Shown here piece by piece: positions 1-9,067 of a DNA stretch of 34,067 nucleotides. The stretch is from Cyclobacteriaceae bacterium (GTDB lineage: Bacteria > Bacteroidota > Bacteroidia > Cytophagales > Cyclobacteriaceae): the NCBI GenBank assembly GCA_035292565.1, contig DATDPY010000125.1, positions 1 through 34,067 on the forward strand. Direction: 5' to 3'. The notes under the pieces were generated by a model, which was given only the letters and a program-made list of their open reading frames with translations, was not told where the DNA came from and ran no database searches. Numbering within the stretch: the first letter of the stretch is position 1; each line of letters starts with the position of its first letter. Position numbers and translations under genes: made by a program.

Positions 1-1
1 A

Positions 2-631
2 CTTGCGGGGATTGAGGGCGGAATCAGGGGCTTCATGCTTAAAAATATTTCGGTGTTAAAGCCTTTCATTTCAGGAAAGCTCAGAAAAGATCCGCTGGTC
101 ATGTCGACGCTTTCCAACACGGTGACCCTCACCAATATCTTTAACCCGGCAGGCTCAGCCAACCAGATAGCCCAGGAAACGACGGCATCCCTGGACTGCA
201 GGCTTTTGCCCGGATTTCCGGTACAGAAATTTTTATCAAAAATCAGGAAAAGCGCCAGCAACGAAAATGCAACAGTAAGGATAATTCACCAAAGTCAGGA
301 TGCAGGCCCCAGTGAACTGAAAGACCATTATTACAGGCTGTCGGAATCCCTGAAAAAAGCATATCCCGAATGCGAGATCATTCCGATCCTTTTTCCGGCG
401 ACCACCGATAACAACTATTTCAGGAAATACGATATCCCCACTTACGGGATTAATCCTGTTTGTTTTGATAAGGAGATCCTGAAAACCATCCACAATGAAG
501 ATGAAAGGATTTCCATCGATAATCTTGAAAAAGGAATCATGGTCTATTATGATATTCTTCAAAGCGCGCTGAAGGACCAGATGAACCTGTTGACGCGGAA
601 GGCCGATTTGCTGAATTATTCAGCTAAATAA
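2..631 (+). CDS. M20-family metallopeptidase (ArgE/DapE/ACY1-like), C-terminal part; the 5' end lies left of the window
   Basis: The frame of the 35..631 ORF stays open back to nt 2 (LAGIEGGIRGF-MLKN...), so the gene enters from the left edge. The C-terminal block TDNNYFRKYDIPTYGINPV...IHNEDERISIDNLEKGIMVYYDIL matches the conserved M20 pattern TD..F...GIP.yG..P....iHg.DErisi..L. Confidence 0.65.
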   Translation, partial: LAGIEGGIRGFMLKNISVLKPFISGKLRKDPLVMSTLSNTVTLTNIFNPAGSANQIAQETTASLDCRLLPGFPVQKFLSKIRKSASNENATVRIIHQSQDAGPSELKDHYYRLSESLKKAYPECEIIPILFPATTDNNYFRKYDIPTYGINPVCFDKEILKTIHNEDERISIDNLEKGIMVYYDILQSALKDQMNLLTRKADLLNYSAK

Positions 632-931
632 ATTGCCACCTGATTACTGGTTGACTGGTTGAATGCCCCCCTGCAGGCTGGCCCGTCGCTAAAAATGTCC
701 ACCGGACATTTTATTAACGCTCCGTCCAGTTCAATAGTTGACTGGTTACATGGTACTTGTAAAGGACGCTGAAAATTGCCAATTGCAAACTGCGTTATTA
801 TTCTGATATCAATAATCAACTAATATCCGATCTGTCATATTATTGTTTTCATCCCCCGATTTCACCCTTTCATCGAATTAATTATTAAATCATACACACA
901 ATGCCGAAATTCAGCCTGACTTGAATTCAGG

Positions 932-1972
932 ATGGTAACCGTTTTTCACAGAAGGCCCTTAAGCCGCATTGCGTTTCATGCAATGTTCTGGCTGATTTCT
1001 TTTTATATCCTTCTGTCCAATTTTTCAACCTCCAGCAAAATTCTGAATATCGATATTATATATACCCTCGTTTACCTCTTCGGCCCTTTCATTGCAGTCT
1101 ATGTAAATCTTTATTTCATGCTCCCCCGATTTTTTCAGAGAAGAAGATACTTTATTTATGCCCTTGCCATCGCAGGTCTTATTTTAATCTCAATATGGAT
1201 ACATTACCTCTCATTTGAATTCCTGATTGACATACTATTCAAAAATTACTACCTGATATCGTACATGGATACCTGGCAGGTGGCGCGCACCACAATTATT
1301 TTCCTCGGCGTCACTTCCCTGGCCCAAATGTCACTTTCATGGTTCGAATTGCGCGAATCCAGGGAAAAACTCAGGGAGGCTGAAAAGGAAAAAGCGGTTT
1401 TTCAGCTTGAGTCGCTCAGGGCGCAGATCAATCCGCATTTCCTGTTCAACAGCCTGAATTCGATTTATTCTCTTGCCCTGCAAAAATCGGATCAGGCCCC
1501 CGCCGTCATCCTGAAATTATCGGATGTACTGCGCTATGTGATTTATGATTCTGCAACCGGTTATGTTGAGCTAAAGAAAGAGATCGAATTTATCGCCAAT
1601 TATATCGCCCTGCAAAAGCTGCGGACGAATGTTTCCGACCTGGTGACCTTAAAGATTCTCGGCGAACCGGGGGACCGCAGGATAGCGCCTATGATCTTTA
1701 TCGTGTTCATTGAAAACGCTTTTAAGCACGGCCTCAAGGGGGATATTAAAAACCAGTTTATCCAAATTAACTTTACCATGGACGAACAGGGCATAGAATT
1801 TTCCTGTACAAACAATGCGGGGATGCCGGACCGTCTGAATCACGGGAACCCCAGCGGGTTTGGACTGGATAACGTCAGGAAAAGGCTTGAGTTGATCTAT
1901 AAGGGATCATATATCCTGGACATCTCCCCGGACAAGGAAGTCTATAGGGTAAGGCTGAAAATAATTTTATGA
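932..1972 (+). CDS. Sensor histidine kinase, LytS/YehU type
   Basis: The N-terminal half consists of several hydrophobic helices, followed by a coiled linker (LREAEKEK). It has the signature phospho-acceptor box AQINPHFLFNSLNSI and GHKL ATPase blocks (ENAFKHG, GFGLDNVRKRL). Its stop overlaps the next start (ATGA at 1969-1972). Confidence 0.9.
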   Translation: MVTVFHRRPLSRIAFHAMFWLISFYILLSNFSTSSKILNIDIIYTLVYLFGPFIAVYVNLYFMLPRFFQRRRYFIYALAIAGLILISIWIHYLSFEFLIDILFKNYYLISYMDTWQVARTTIIFLGVTSLAQMSLSWFELRESREKLREAEKEKAVFQLESLRAQINPHFLFNSLNSIYSLALQKSDQAPAVILKLSDVLRYVIYDSATGYVELKKEIEFIANYIALQKLRTNVSDLVTLKILGEPGDRRIAPMIFIVFIENAFKHGLKGDIKNQFIQINFTMDEQGIEFSCTNNAGMPDRLNHGNPSGFGLDNVRKRLELIYKGSYILDISPDKEVYRVRLKIIL

Positions 1973-2685
1973 ATTCTCTGAGCTGCATGATCGTCGATGA
2001 TGAGCCCCTTTCGCAGGATGTACTCAAAAAGTACATCGGTGACATACCCGGACTCCGGCTTACCGCCTGTTGTTTCAATGCCCTCGATGCCGCACAGGCA
2101 CTCCGCGAATCACCCGTCGACCTGATATTCCTGGATATCAACATGCCAAAACTCAGCGGCATCAATCTGCTCAAATCGATGGATAACCCGCCGATGGTTA
2201 TTTTCACCACGGCTTACCCGCAATATGCCGTTGAAGGCTTCGACCTGGATGCCGTGGATTACCTGCTGAAGCCGATATCCTTTGAAAGGTTCATGAAAGC
2301 GGTGAACAAGGCATTCGAGCAGAACAGCAGGAACAGCGAGACAAAATCCTCCTTCAGCGAAGGATTTATGACCATCAAATCGGACAAAAAGTTCTTTAAG
2401 ATCAACTTTTCGGATATCCTTTTTTTCCAGGCATACGGGGATTTTGTGAAAGTGCATCTTACCGATAAGGTACTCGTAACGGCCGGTACCTTGAAAAATC
2501 TTGAACAAATCCTCCCTCCACAGTTTATGCGTGTGCATAAATCTTATATTCTTTCAATCCAGCGGATCAAATATATCGAAGGGAACCGGGTATTTATCGA
2601 GCAATCCGAAATTCCTCTTGGCCCGGGGATGCGGGACATTCTTTTGAACCGGATGGATCCTTCAAAGGAGAAAGGGAATGAGTAA
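1969..2685 (+). CDS. LytTR-family response regulator
   Basis: Receiver domain (IVDDEP, DLIFLDINMP, LLKPI) plus a C-terminal LytTR DNA-binding domain (FVKVHL...MRVHKSYIL). It is translationally coupled to the kinase. Confidence 0.9.
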   Translation: MNSLSCMIVDDEPLSQDVLKKYIGDIPGLRLTACCFNALDAAQALRESPVDLIFLDINMPKLSGINLLKSMDNPPMVIFTTAYPQYAVEGFDLDAVDYLLKPISFERFMKAVNKAFEQNSRNSETKSSFSEGFMTIKSDKKFFKINFSDILFFQAYGDFVKVHLTDKVLVTAGTLKNLEQILPPQFMRVHKSYILSIQRIKYIEGNRVFIEQSEIPLGPGMRDILLNRMDPSKEKGNE

Positions 2686-3523
2686 AAATATCCTGATCAC
2701 CGGCGCCGGCAGCGGGCTTGGAAAAGAAACATCCTGCCGGCTGGCAGCCATGGGTTACAAGGTGATCATGGTTTGCCGGAACCTGGAGTCAGGAGAACCG
2801 GCCCGGCAGGACGTAATTTCAAAATCGGGAAATCCGGATGTCGACTTGCTCATCGCGGATCTGTCATCCTTCGACGGGATCCGGAACCTGGCCGGTGAAA
2901 TATACAGGAAGTATGAAAAACTCGATGTCTTGTTGAACAACGCCGGCGTATTTGTAACCAGGCTGAATTACACCCGCGATGGACATGAACTCCAATGGGC
3001 AGTAAACCACCTCGCCCCGTTTCTTCTCACCGGCCTTCTCATCGATTTGCTGGGAAGATCAACCCCATCGAGGATTATCACGGTGTCGTCTGTGGCGAAC
3101 TATAAAGGCCTGATCCATTTTGATGATCCTAACCTTGAAAAAAAATATAACGGGCTTACGGCTTACCGTCAGTCAAAGCTTGCCAACGTTCTTTTCACCT
3201 TTGAACTCGCCGAAAGAATAAAATCCAGGGGAATCAAAGCCAACTGCCTTCACCCGGGAATAGTCAGAACGCGATTCGGCCACAGGAATAATCATAGCTG
3301 GATGGGTTGGCTCTGGTATTCCTGGAAGCCCTTTATGTTCTCCGTTAAACAGGGAGCATATTGCATGGTGAAACTGGCCTCGGACCCGGCGCTGGAGGGG
3401 ATTAGCGGGAAATATTTCGATTTCGACGGAAAGGAAAAAATCCCGAACCGGCAGGCGCTTGATCCGCTGTTAAGGAATAAGCTCTGGACTATTTCCGAAT
3501 CGAGCACTGGTTTTTCATATTGA
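2678..3523 (+). CDS. SDR-family NAD(P)-dependent oxidoreductase (retinol-dehydrogenase-like)
   Basis: Rossmann motif TGAGSGLG, NNAG, and catalytic YRQSK (YxxxK). The start overlaps the response-regulator stop by 8 nt. Confidence 0.9.
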   Translation: MSKNILITGAGSGLGKETSCRLAAMGYKVIMVCRNLESGEPARQDVISKSGNPDVDLLIADLSSFDGIRNLAGEIYRKYEKLDVLLNNAGVFVTRLNYTRDGHELQWAVNHLAPFLLTGLLIDLLGRSTPSRIITVSSVANYKGLIHFDDPNLEKKYNGLTAYRQSKLANVLFTFELAERIKSRGIKANCLHPGIVRTRFGHRNNHSWMGWLWYSWKPFMFSVKQGAYCMVKLASDPALEGISGKYFDFDGKEKIPNRQALDPLLRNKLWTISESSTGFSY

Positions 3524-3534
3524 AAAAACTCCTG

Positions 3535-3663
3535 TTATTGAACAATTGATCGCAGGAAATTCCCAAGGCCAAATAAAACAGCAAGCCAGATCAGGCCTTT
3601 GACCAGGAAGAACAAAAATCCGATTACCCCAATTCGCTTAAGCCAGGATTTCAATTTGTCCAT
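3535..3663 (-). CDS. Possible 42-aa single-pass membrane peptide (below the ORF-track length cut-off)
   Basis: ATG..TAA ORF translated by hand: MDKLKSWLKRIGVIGFLFFLVKGLIWLAVLFGLGNFLRSIVQ. It has a basic N-terminus followed by one ~25-residue hydrophobic helix. It is the only coherent ORF in the 263-nt gap between the SDR and HTH genes. Confidence 0.3.
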   Translation of the reverse strand: MDKLKSWLKRIGVIGFLFFLVKGLIWLAVLFGLGNFLRSIVQ

Positions 3664-3846
3664 TGGTTGGCAATGAAAATTCTCCTATTAACCGCCCTTT
3701 TATCCGGAATTGCAAACATATTCCTTGTTTAGAATCATTACAAATAAACATGCGATAATTCACCTCAAATTTACACATCATCTCCCGTGTTGTTAAGAAT
3801 AAAAAAATTTGGATTGCATTTTTCTTATATTTCGGTTTTAAATACC

Positions 3847-4848
3847 ATGATACCCTTAATTGAATTACAGCAAAAATTTTTTAATGAAATCAATTTAAAG
3901 ATTCCGCCTAACCACTCGCTCGTTCACGAAGTGTCGGAGATCCTCGGGATCAGCGATGACAGTGTGTACAGGAGAATCCGGGGAGAGAAGGAAATGACAT
4001 TTCATGAAATATTTAAATTATGCTCGCATTTTTCGATTTCCTTCGATAACCTGATGAACCTCGAAAGCCGTAAGGTGATCTTTGAAAGCGTGGCCCTCGA
4101 TCCCGTAAACCTCCGGCTGAGTAACTGGTTCGGGATCATCCTGGAGGAGATGAAAAATATCTCGGCATCCAGGGAAGCCGAAGTAATATATTCTGCTATT
4201 GATCTGCCGGTCTTTCACCTGATGCAGATCCCGGAATTAATGGCATTCAAGATATTCTTCTGGGAAAAGACCTTGTTTCAGTTTCCGGATTATGGTGAGA
4301 AAAAACTTCAGATCAGCGATATCGATGAAAATACAAAAAAGATTTGCCGGCAGATCAACGATCAATGGGTGAAAATACCAACTACCGAAATCTGGAATGC
4401 TGATACGTTTAATATATTCCTGCGTCAGCTGGAGTTTTACTGGCTGGCCGGGTACCTCGAAAGCAGGGATGATGTACTTTCGCTTTGTGATCATCTGATC
4501 GCACTCATCGAGCATATCCGAAAGCAGGCGGAACTCGGAATGAAGTTCCTGATCGATAATCCTTCGAATGGAATTGTTAATTCATTCATCCTTTATGAAA
4601 ATGAGGTTTCCCTGAATGACAATACGATTTTGATCAAGAGAGCCCATGCATCCAAGGTATTCCTGACTTACAATGTCTTAAGTCTTCTTTCCACACAAAA
4701 TGCGGCATTTTGCGCTTATACAGAGAATTATTTGAAGAAATTGATGTCAAAATCCAACCTGATGAGTGTTACCGGCGATAAAACGCGCAATCGATTCTTT
4801 AACAAGGCCCTTAATACCATAACTGCTTTCAGGAACAGGGTTATTTGA
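3847..4848 (+). CDS. Helix-turn-helix transcriptional regulator (BetR-like N-terminal HTH, C-terminal domain unknown)
   Basis: The N-terminal segment LVHEVSEILGISDDSVYRRIRGEKEMTFHEIFKLCSHFSISFDNL looks like a BetR/XRE-type HTH; the family name is from memory. I trimmed the track's GTG start (3787) to the first ATG at 3847. Confidence 0.55.
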   Translation: MIPLIELQQKFFNEINLKIPPNHSLVHEVSEILGISDDSVYRRIRGEKEMTFHEIFKLCSHFSISFDNLMNLESRKVIFESVALDPVNLRLSNWFGIILEEMKNISASREAEVIYSAIDLPVFHLMQIPELMAFKIFFWEKTLFQFPDYGEKKLQISDIDENTKKICRQINDQWVKIPTTEIWNADTFNIFLRQLEFYWLAGYLESRDDVLSLCDHLIALIEHIRKQAELGMKFLIDNPSNGIVNSFILYENEVSLNDNTILIKRAHASKVFLTYNVLSLLSTQNAAFCAYTENYLKKLMSKSNLMSVTGDKTRNRFFNKALNTITAFRNRVI

Positions 4849-4985
4849 TTTTTTCTCCGGACAGGGAGGCTTCCTGTTCGATGTCTTCAGGTATCCGGAT
4901 GTGGCTTGCAGATATTATTGTGACGAGAGACAAGTTGACGGATAATGGGTCGTCATGAAGCCAATAACCAATAACTTAATACATC

Positions 4986-6026
4986 CTACAAATTCCCCAT
5001 CTCAAAATCAATCAGCCATCTCTTGCGCGAAATCCCTCCGCTGTATCCTGTCATGCTGCCGTCTTCACCGATCACCCGGTGACAGGGAATAATGATCGCA
5101 ATCCGGTTCATTCCGTTTGCCCTGGCCACGGCCCTGACGGCATTTTTGTTCTCCAGCGCCAAAGCCATTCCCTTATAGGTCCGGGTTTCGCCATAGGGGA
5201 TCTTCAGCAAATGTTCCCAGACAAGATTCTGGAATTGTGATCCCGGGGTCAGCAATGGAAGGTTAAAACTTTTACGGGTACCTTCGAAATATTCCCGCAT
5301 TTGTTTTTCGAGTGCTGCAAAATGTTTGTTGTAACCATATAGGATATTCGCTCCCAGCCTCACCTTCAGGTCTTTCAGCTCTGATTCCAGCATTCTCCTG
5401 TCGGTGAATTCTACAAGGCATATTCCTTCTTCAACAGCACAGGCTATCATGGGTCCCAGCGGGGTCGAAAAGCGGTGCATATTGATCACCTTCGCCTGAC
5501 CTGCCCGCGACGGAGACTCCCCGACCAGGTATTTAAAAGCATCGGAAAATCCGCTTAGCGAATCATACCCATTGTCGAAAGCCGCATCCGTTACCCTTGA
5601 GCCTGCAGAAAGCTGCTGCCAGGCCGTATTGATCCTCATCATGCGCTGGTAACCCTGAAAAGTAATACCATGGCGGGATTTAAACCAGCGCCTGACGCGG
5701 TTCGGTTCAATGTTCATATTGACCAGGTCCGAATCCGAGATTTTTACCAGGGGATCTTCTTCAATCTTTGAAATTAAATTCTGTATGTAGGAGGGGATGT
5801 TCCCGGGAGATTCCAGGGGATGGCATAGCCTGCAGGGACGGTAGCCGTTCATCATGGCTTCCCTGGCCGTTGTAAAATATTCTACATTCTCGGGTTTGGG
5901 TTTACGCGCCGTGCATGTTGGCCTGCAGAATATCCCCGTGGTCCTGATGGCAGCATAAAATAACCCCTCATAGGAGCTGTCTTTCCTTATCAGGGCATCG
6001 TACATGATTTCAGGATTAAGGCCCAT
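4986..6026 (-). CDS. ada: Bifunctional Ada: Zn-finger methylphosphotriester acceptor + AraC-type HTH + O6-methylguanine-DNA methyltransferase
   Basis: N-terminal Cys cluster FCRPTCTARKPKPENV...YRPCRLC (Ada Zn-binding domain), AraC HTH (RRWFKSRHGITFQGYQRMMRI), and a C-terminal AGT active site IIIPCHRVIG (PCHR motif). Confidence 0.9.
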   Translation of the reverse strand: MGLNPEIMYDALIRKDSSYEGLFYAAIRTTGIFCRPTCTARKPKPENVEYFTTAREAMMNGYRPCRLCHPLESPGNIPSYIQNLISKIEEDPLVKISDSDLVNMNIEPNRVRRWFKSRHGITFQGYQRMMRINTAWQQLSAGSRVTDAAFDNGYDSLSGFSDAFKYLVGESPSRAGQAKVINMHRFSTPLGPMIACAVEEGICLVEFTDRRMLESELKDLKVRLGANILYGYNKHFAALEKQMREYFEGTRKSFNLPLLTPGSQFQNLVWEHLLKIPYGETRTYKGMALALENKNAVRAVARANGMNRIAIIIPCHRVIGEDGSMTGYSGGISRKRWLIDFEMGNL

Positions 6027-6038
6027 ACTTTTTTATAT

Positions 6039-6046
6039 CAAAAGTA
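6039..6046 (-). promoter_or_regulatory. Candidate Bacteroidota -7 promoter box (TACTTTTG = TAnnTTTG) for ada
   Basis: Exact match to TAnnTTTG on the minus strand, 12 nt upstream of the ada ATG. The motif is short and will also occur by chance in AT-rich spacers. Confidence 0.3.
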
Positions 6047-6100
6047 ATTTTTGTCAAACGTTCTGACAACCGGAAATCTGACAGGGAATTTTTAATTACT

Positions 6101-6411
6101 AATCATTCTTGCCGGTAATAATGGAAATTGACAACAATTCGTTGCCTAAAATTATTTAATTCGAATAACTTTTTTCTTCTTGCCACGAATTGACCCCGCT
6201 TTTCACGGTGTACCAATGTACTGGAGGAATTCGTCCTAATGCCAAAGGCAAATTCGTGTATTCATGGTTAAATTTTTTATGTATTTGCCACGAATGACTC
6301 GAATGGCACGAATTGACACCGCTTATCGCCGTGTAAGAATTTCCTGGAGGAATTCGTATTAATGCCAAAGGCATATTCGTGTACCCGCCTGCCTGCGGGC
6401 AGGTTCGTGGC
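6101..6411. repeat. Composite intergenic repeat, locus A (ATTCGTG/CACGAAT-rich element with an internal tandem duplication)
   Basis: The left end AATCATTCTTGCCGGTAATAATGGAAATTGACAACAATTCGTT and the right end GGTTCGTGGCTAAAAATTC both recur at locus B (9548..9911). The interior holds two ~85-nt units (6182-6266 and 6305-6389) at ~85% identity. Confidence 0.8.
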
Positions 6412-6534
6412 TAAAAATTCTATCTGCCATAACTAAAGCAATCGGGCGGCAGGCAGGAATCTCCCGCTAGCCATTCCCATCGGCAGTTAGCCCGGGGATA
6501 ACATCTCAATTCTAATATTGATTTGTAATTACTA

Positions 6535-7098
6535 TTATTTCTTAAATAAGATTTCCATTTCGTGGCGAACATTCCTGGCCTGGATCAGGTGCCTTTGTTC
6601 GTGGGCCACGATGATCTCGAAAGCTTTTTCAAGTTTATATACAACGAACCTGCTCCCGGGCGATCGGATCACCACGCCGCGTGTCACCAGGTCCTCACAG
6701 GATTTTATAAAGTGAATCAATTCCGACTGGTGGTTTACAAACTGGTTAACCATATCGGCATCGATAGTGCTTGATGAGGGCTGCCAGACGGCAAAAGTTT
6801 TCGTCCTTGGTTTATAGTCTGGACCGACATATTTAAGCAATGAATTCCCGAGAAACCGGGCTATGGCTTCGCTCTTTCCCCAGAATGGAATTTTATAGTT
6901 ACCCTTTCTGACGGCATCGGCCACAGGAAAATAGGTATTGTTCACGGTGATCAGGTGATGAATAACCTGGCCAATGCTCCAGGCGTCGGGACGCGGCTTC
7001 CAGTTCAGTTTTTCCGAGGTCAGGTCCCCGAATTCATCCCTGAATGACCGGGTAATGCTTTCAATAGCGGTTTCAAGCTGAAGTGTAATGGCTGACAT
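6535..7098 (-). CDS. DinB-family (DinB_2 four-helix bundle) protein
   Basis: Typical DinB_2 signature: WSIGQVIHHLI near the N-terminus and a C-terminal AHEQRHLIQA (His triad). Confidence 0.8.
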   Translation of the reverse strand: MSAITLQLETAIESITRSFRDEFGDLTSEKLNWKPRPDAWSIGQVIHHLITVNNTYFPVADAVRKGNYKIPFWGKSEAIARFLGNSLLKYVGPDYKPRTKTFAVWQPSSSTIDADMVNQFVNHQSELIHFIKSCEDLVTRGVVIRSPGSRFVVYKLEKAFEIIVAHEQRHLIQARNVRHEMEILFKK

Positions 7099-7114
7099 AC
7101 CGTTTACGATTTCT

Positions 7115-7122
7115 CAAAAATA
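7115..7122 (-). promoter_or_regulatory. Candidate -7 promoter box (TATTTTTG = TAnnTTTG) for the DinB-family gene
   Basis: Exact TAnnTTTG match on the minus strand, 16 nt upstream of the ATG at 7098. Confidence 0.3.
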
Positions 7123-7154
7123 ATTCATTCACTGAAATCTTCAGTCAAGGCAGA

Positions 7155-9014
7155 TTAAAAACTGAAATTCAATCCGCCGAATACCGTGATGCCCGGCATG
7201 GTATAATATGTAAGTGTTTCGTATTCGGTATTGAAGAGGTTTTCGCCGCTGACAAATATCTCAGCCGTCCTCCAGAATTTATAATTTACCTTGGCGTTCA
7301 CCAGGGTGTAACTCTGGAGCGATGAGAGCGCAGGGGATGGATTTGTATCCAGTTCACTGATGTTCTCGACGGAGGTCATAAAGCTCAGCCGGTTCAAATC
7401 ATACCTGCCGCTGATAAACAGGTGGCTTTTCGGTGTTGCATATACAGGGCCATTGGCCATATCGATATAGCTGTAGGTTACGTTGAAGGCAACATCTTTC
7501 AGGCTGGCGTTCAAGGCGAATTCAATGCCTTTATTGTCAATATTTCCGGCATTCTGAAGGATGCCCTGCACGGGTACGAAAACGATCATGGATTTCCCGT
7601 TGACAATAAAACCGGTGAGTTCAAGATTCAGCTTTTTTTCGAAAAACGACTGGTGGATCCCTGTTTCATAATTCCAAACCTGCTCCGGGCTTAAATCGGG
7701 ATTATGGGGCGGGAACAGGAACAATTCCTGGACCGTAGGGCTGCGAAAACCTTTCGACAGGGAGGCCTTCCAGGTTGTGACCGGCGTAAGATTGAAGGCA
7801 AATCCACCCGACGGGATCGCGATGTTTCCATAAACATTATGATTCTGAAAACGCAATCCAGCATTCAGGGTAAGTTTGTCGAAAAGGGATTGCTGAATGA
7901 ATCCATATACCCCGGTTTCGTACACTGCCGTATCGATCAGGGAGGCATTGAACTGGATATTCTCAGCTTTTCCCCCGTACCTTGCATAATCTGCTCCGAT
8001 GGTAATATTATTCCCTTTAAAAAGCTTCGCCGATTCATACAGGTTAAGGCCATAATTTTTATCGTTGGAATGAAATCCTCCTTCCACAGGCAGGCTGAAA
8101 GCGTTGGAGATAAAATGTTCTCCGAAATTGTAGTAAAATTTCGCCGACCCGGAGAACTTTTCAAATTCATTTTCAACTGCGAATGACCAGTAGCCCCTCG
8201 TAATTTTTAGTTTATTGCCGCGAGATGCGTTTGCGGTGTCAGGTCCGGGATCCGAAGTTTTAAAGCCGGCGATATTGAAATCGGTATTGAGGCCGATGTT
8301 GCTGGTCAGATCATAATCGACTTTAAAATATGCATTGTTGATATTGAAATCCGAATTTTGCCGATGGCCGTTGGTCTCGTCATGGTTCACGGATGCAAAT
8401 ACGCTTAGCCGGTTTTTCCGGAAGCCTCCGCTGAGCATGTACTTCTGGGTACCATAGGATCCCAGTATGAGCCGGGTATTTCCGTGCAATCCTTCCTGCG
8501 GTTGGCGCCTCGTGATGATATTGACCACCCCTCCCATGGCATTGGAACCATAAAGGATAGATCCGGGACCCCGGATCACTTCAACCCTTTCAACATCCGA
8601 TGCAACATAAGAGTCCGAAAGCGGGTGTCCGAAAATTCCCATGAACTGCGGATGGCCATCGATCAGCACCAGGACGCCGGTGGTCGGGCTTCCTCCGATT
8701 CCCCTCAGGGTAATCTGCCCGGCTGCATTCTGGGCCACCCCGAAACCGGTGACCCCGCGTTCCGTAACGAATAATCCCGGTACACGGCCGTTCAATATCG
8801 GCAATATATTGGACTCTGAACTTTCGGCAAGTTGTTCCCTGTTAACAATGGATACCGCCATGGGTATATTATTCCGGTTCACCCTGGTCATGGAACCTGT
8901 GATCACAACTTCTTCGAGATTGTTGGTATCGGATAAGGAAGAGACTGGTTCCTGGGAAAAAACCGGGATGGAAAACATGAAGGGCAGGATAATAATTTGT
9001 ATGATTTTTCTCAT
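7155..9014 (-). CDS. TonB-dependent outer-membrane receptor (probable Ni/Co or other metal uptake, given nikR linkage)
   Basis: Signal peptide MRKIIQIIILPFMFSIPVFSQE, plug domain (EEVVITGS..., VERVEVIRGPGSILYGSNAMGGVVNIITR), a long beta-barrel region and a terminal aromatic residue (GGLNFSF). Confidence 0.9.
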   Translation of the reverse strand: MRKIIQIIILPFMFSIPVFSQEPVSSLSDTNNLEEVVITGSMTRVNRNNIPMAVSIVNREQLAESSESNILPILNGRVPGLFVTERGVTGFGVAQNAAGQITLRGIGGSPTTGVLVLIDGHPQFMGIFGHPLSDSYVASDVERVEVIRGPGSILYGSNAMGGVVNIITRRQPQEGLHGNTRLILGSYGTQKYMLSGGFRKNRLSVFASVNHDETNGHRQNSDFNINNAYFKVDYDLTSNIGLNTDFNIAGFKTSDPGPDTANASRGNKLKITRGYWSFAVENEFEKFSGSAKFYYNFGEHFISNAFSLPVEGGFHSNDKNYGLNLYESAKLFKGNNITIGADYARYGGKAENIQFNASLIDTAVYETGVYGFIQQSLFDKLTLNAGLRFQNHNVYGNIAIPSGGFAFNLTPVTTWKASLSKGFRSPTVQELFLFPPHNPDLSPEQVWNYETGIHQSFFEKKLNLELTGFIVNGKSMIVFVPVQGILQNAGNIDNKGIEFALNASLKDVAFNVTYSYIDMANGPVYATPKSHLFISGRYDLNRLSFMTSVENISELDTNPSPALSSLQSYTLVNAKVNYKFWRTAEIFVSGENLFNTEYETLTYYTMPGITVFGGLNFSF

Positions 9015-9021
9015 AGGTTGT

Positions 9022-9050
9022 GGTATTACTTTCTTATCGATTCGTGTTAC
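9022..9050 (-). promoter_or_regulatory. Putative NikR operator 1 (GGTATTAC-N13-CGTGTTAC), 7 nt upstream of the receptor ATG
   Basis: The same 8+13+8 arrangement recurs at 9470-9498. Read as GTATTA-N16-TGTTAC, it has the geometry of the E. coli NikR box GTATGA-N16-TCATAC. Confidence 0.5.
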
Positions 9051-9067
9051 CTTCCGGTAAAAAAAAT

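Noticed and set aside
6156-6374. 72-aa minus-strand ORF in the ada/DinB intergenic region
   Set aside because: Its sequence is internally repetitive (MPLALIRIPPGNSYTAISGVNS... / LPLALGRIPPVHWYTVKSGVNS...) only because it reads through the tandem DNA repeat units. It is an artefact of the repeat element and not a gene.
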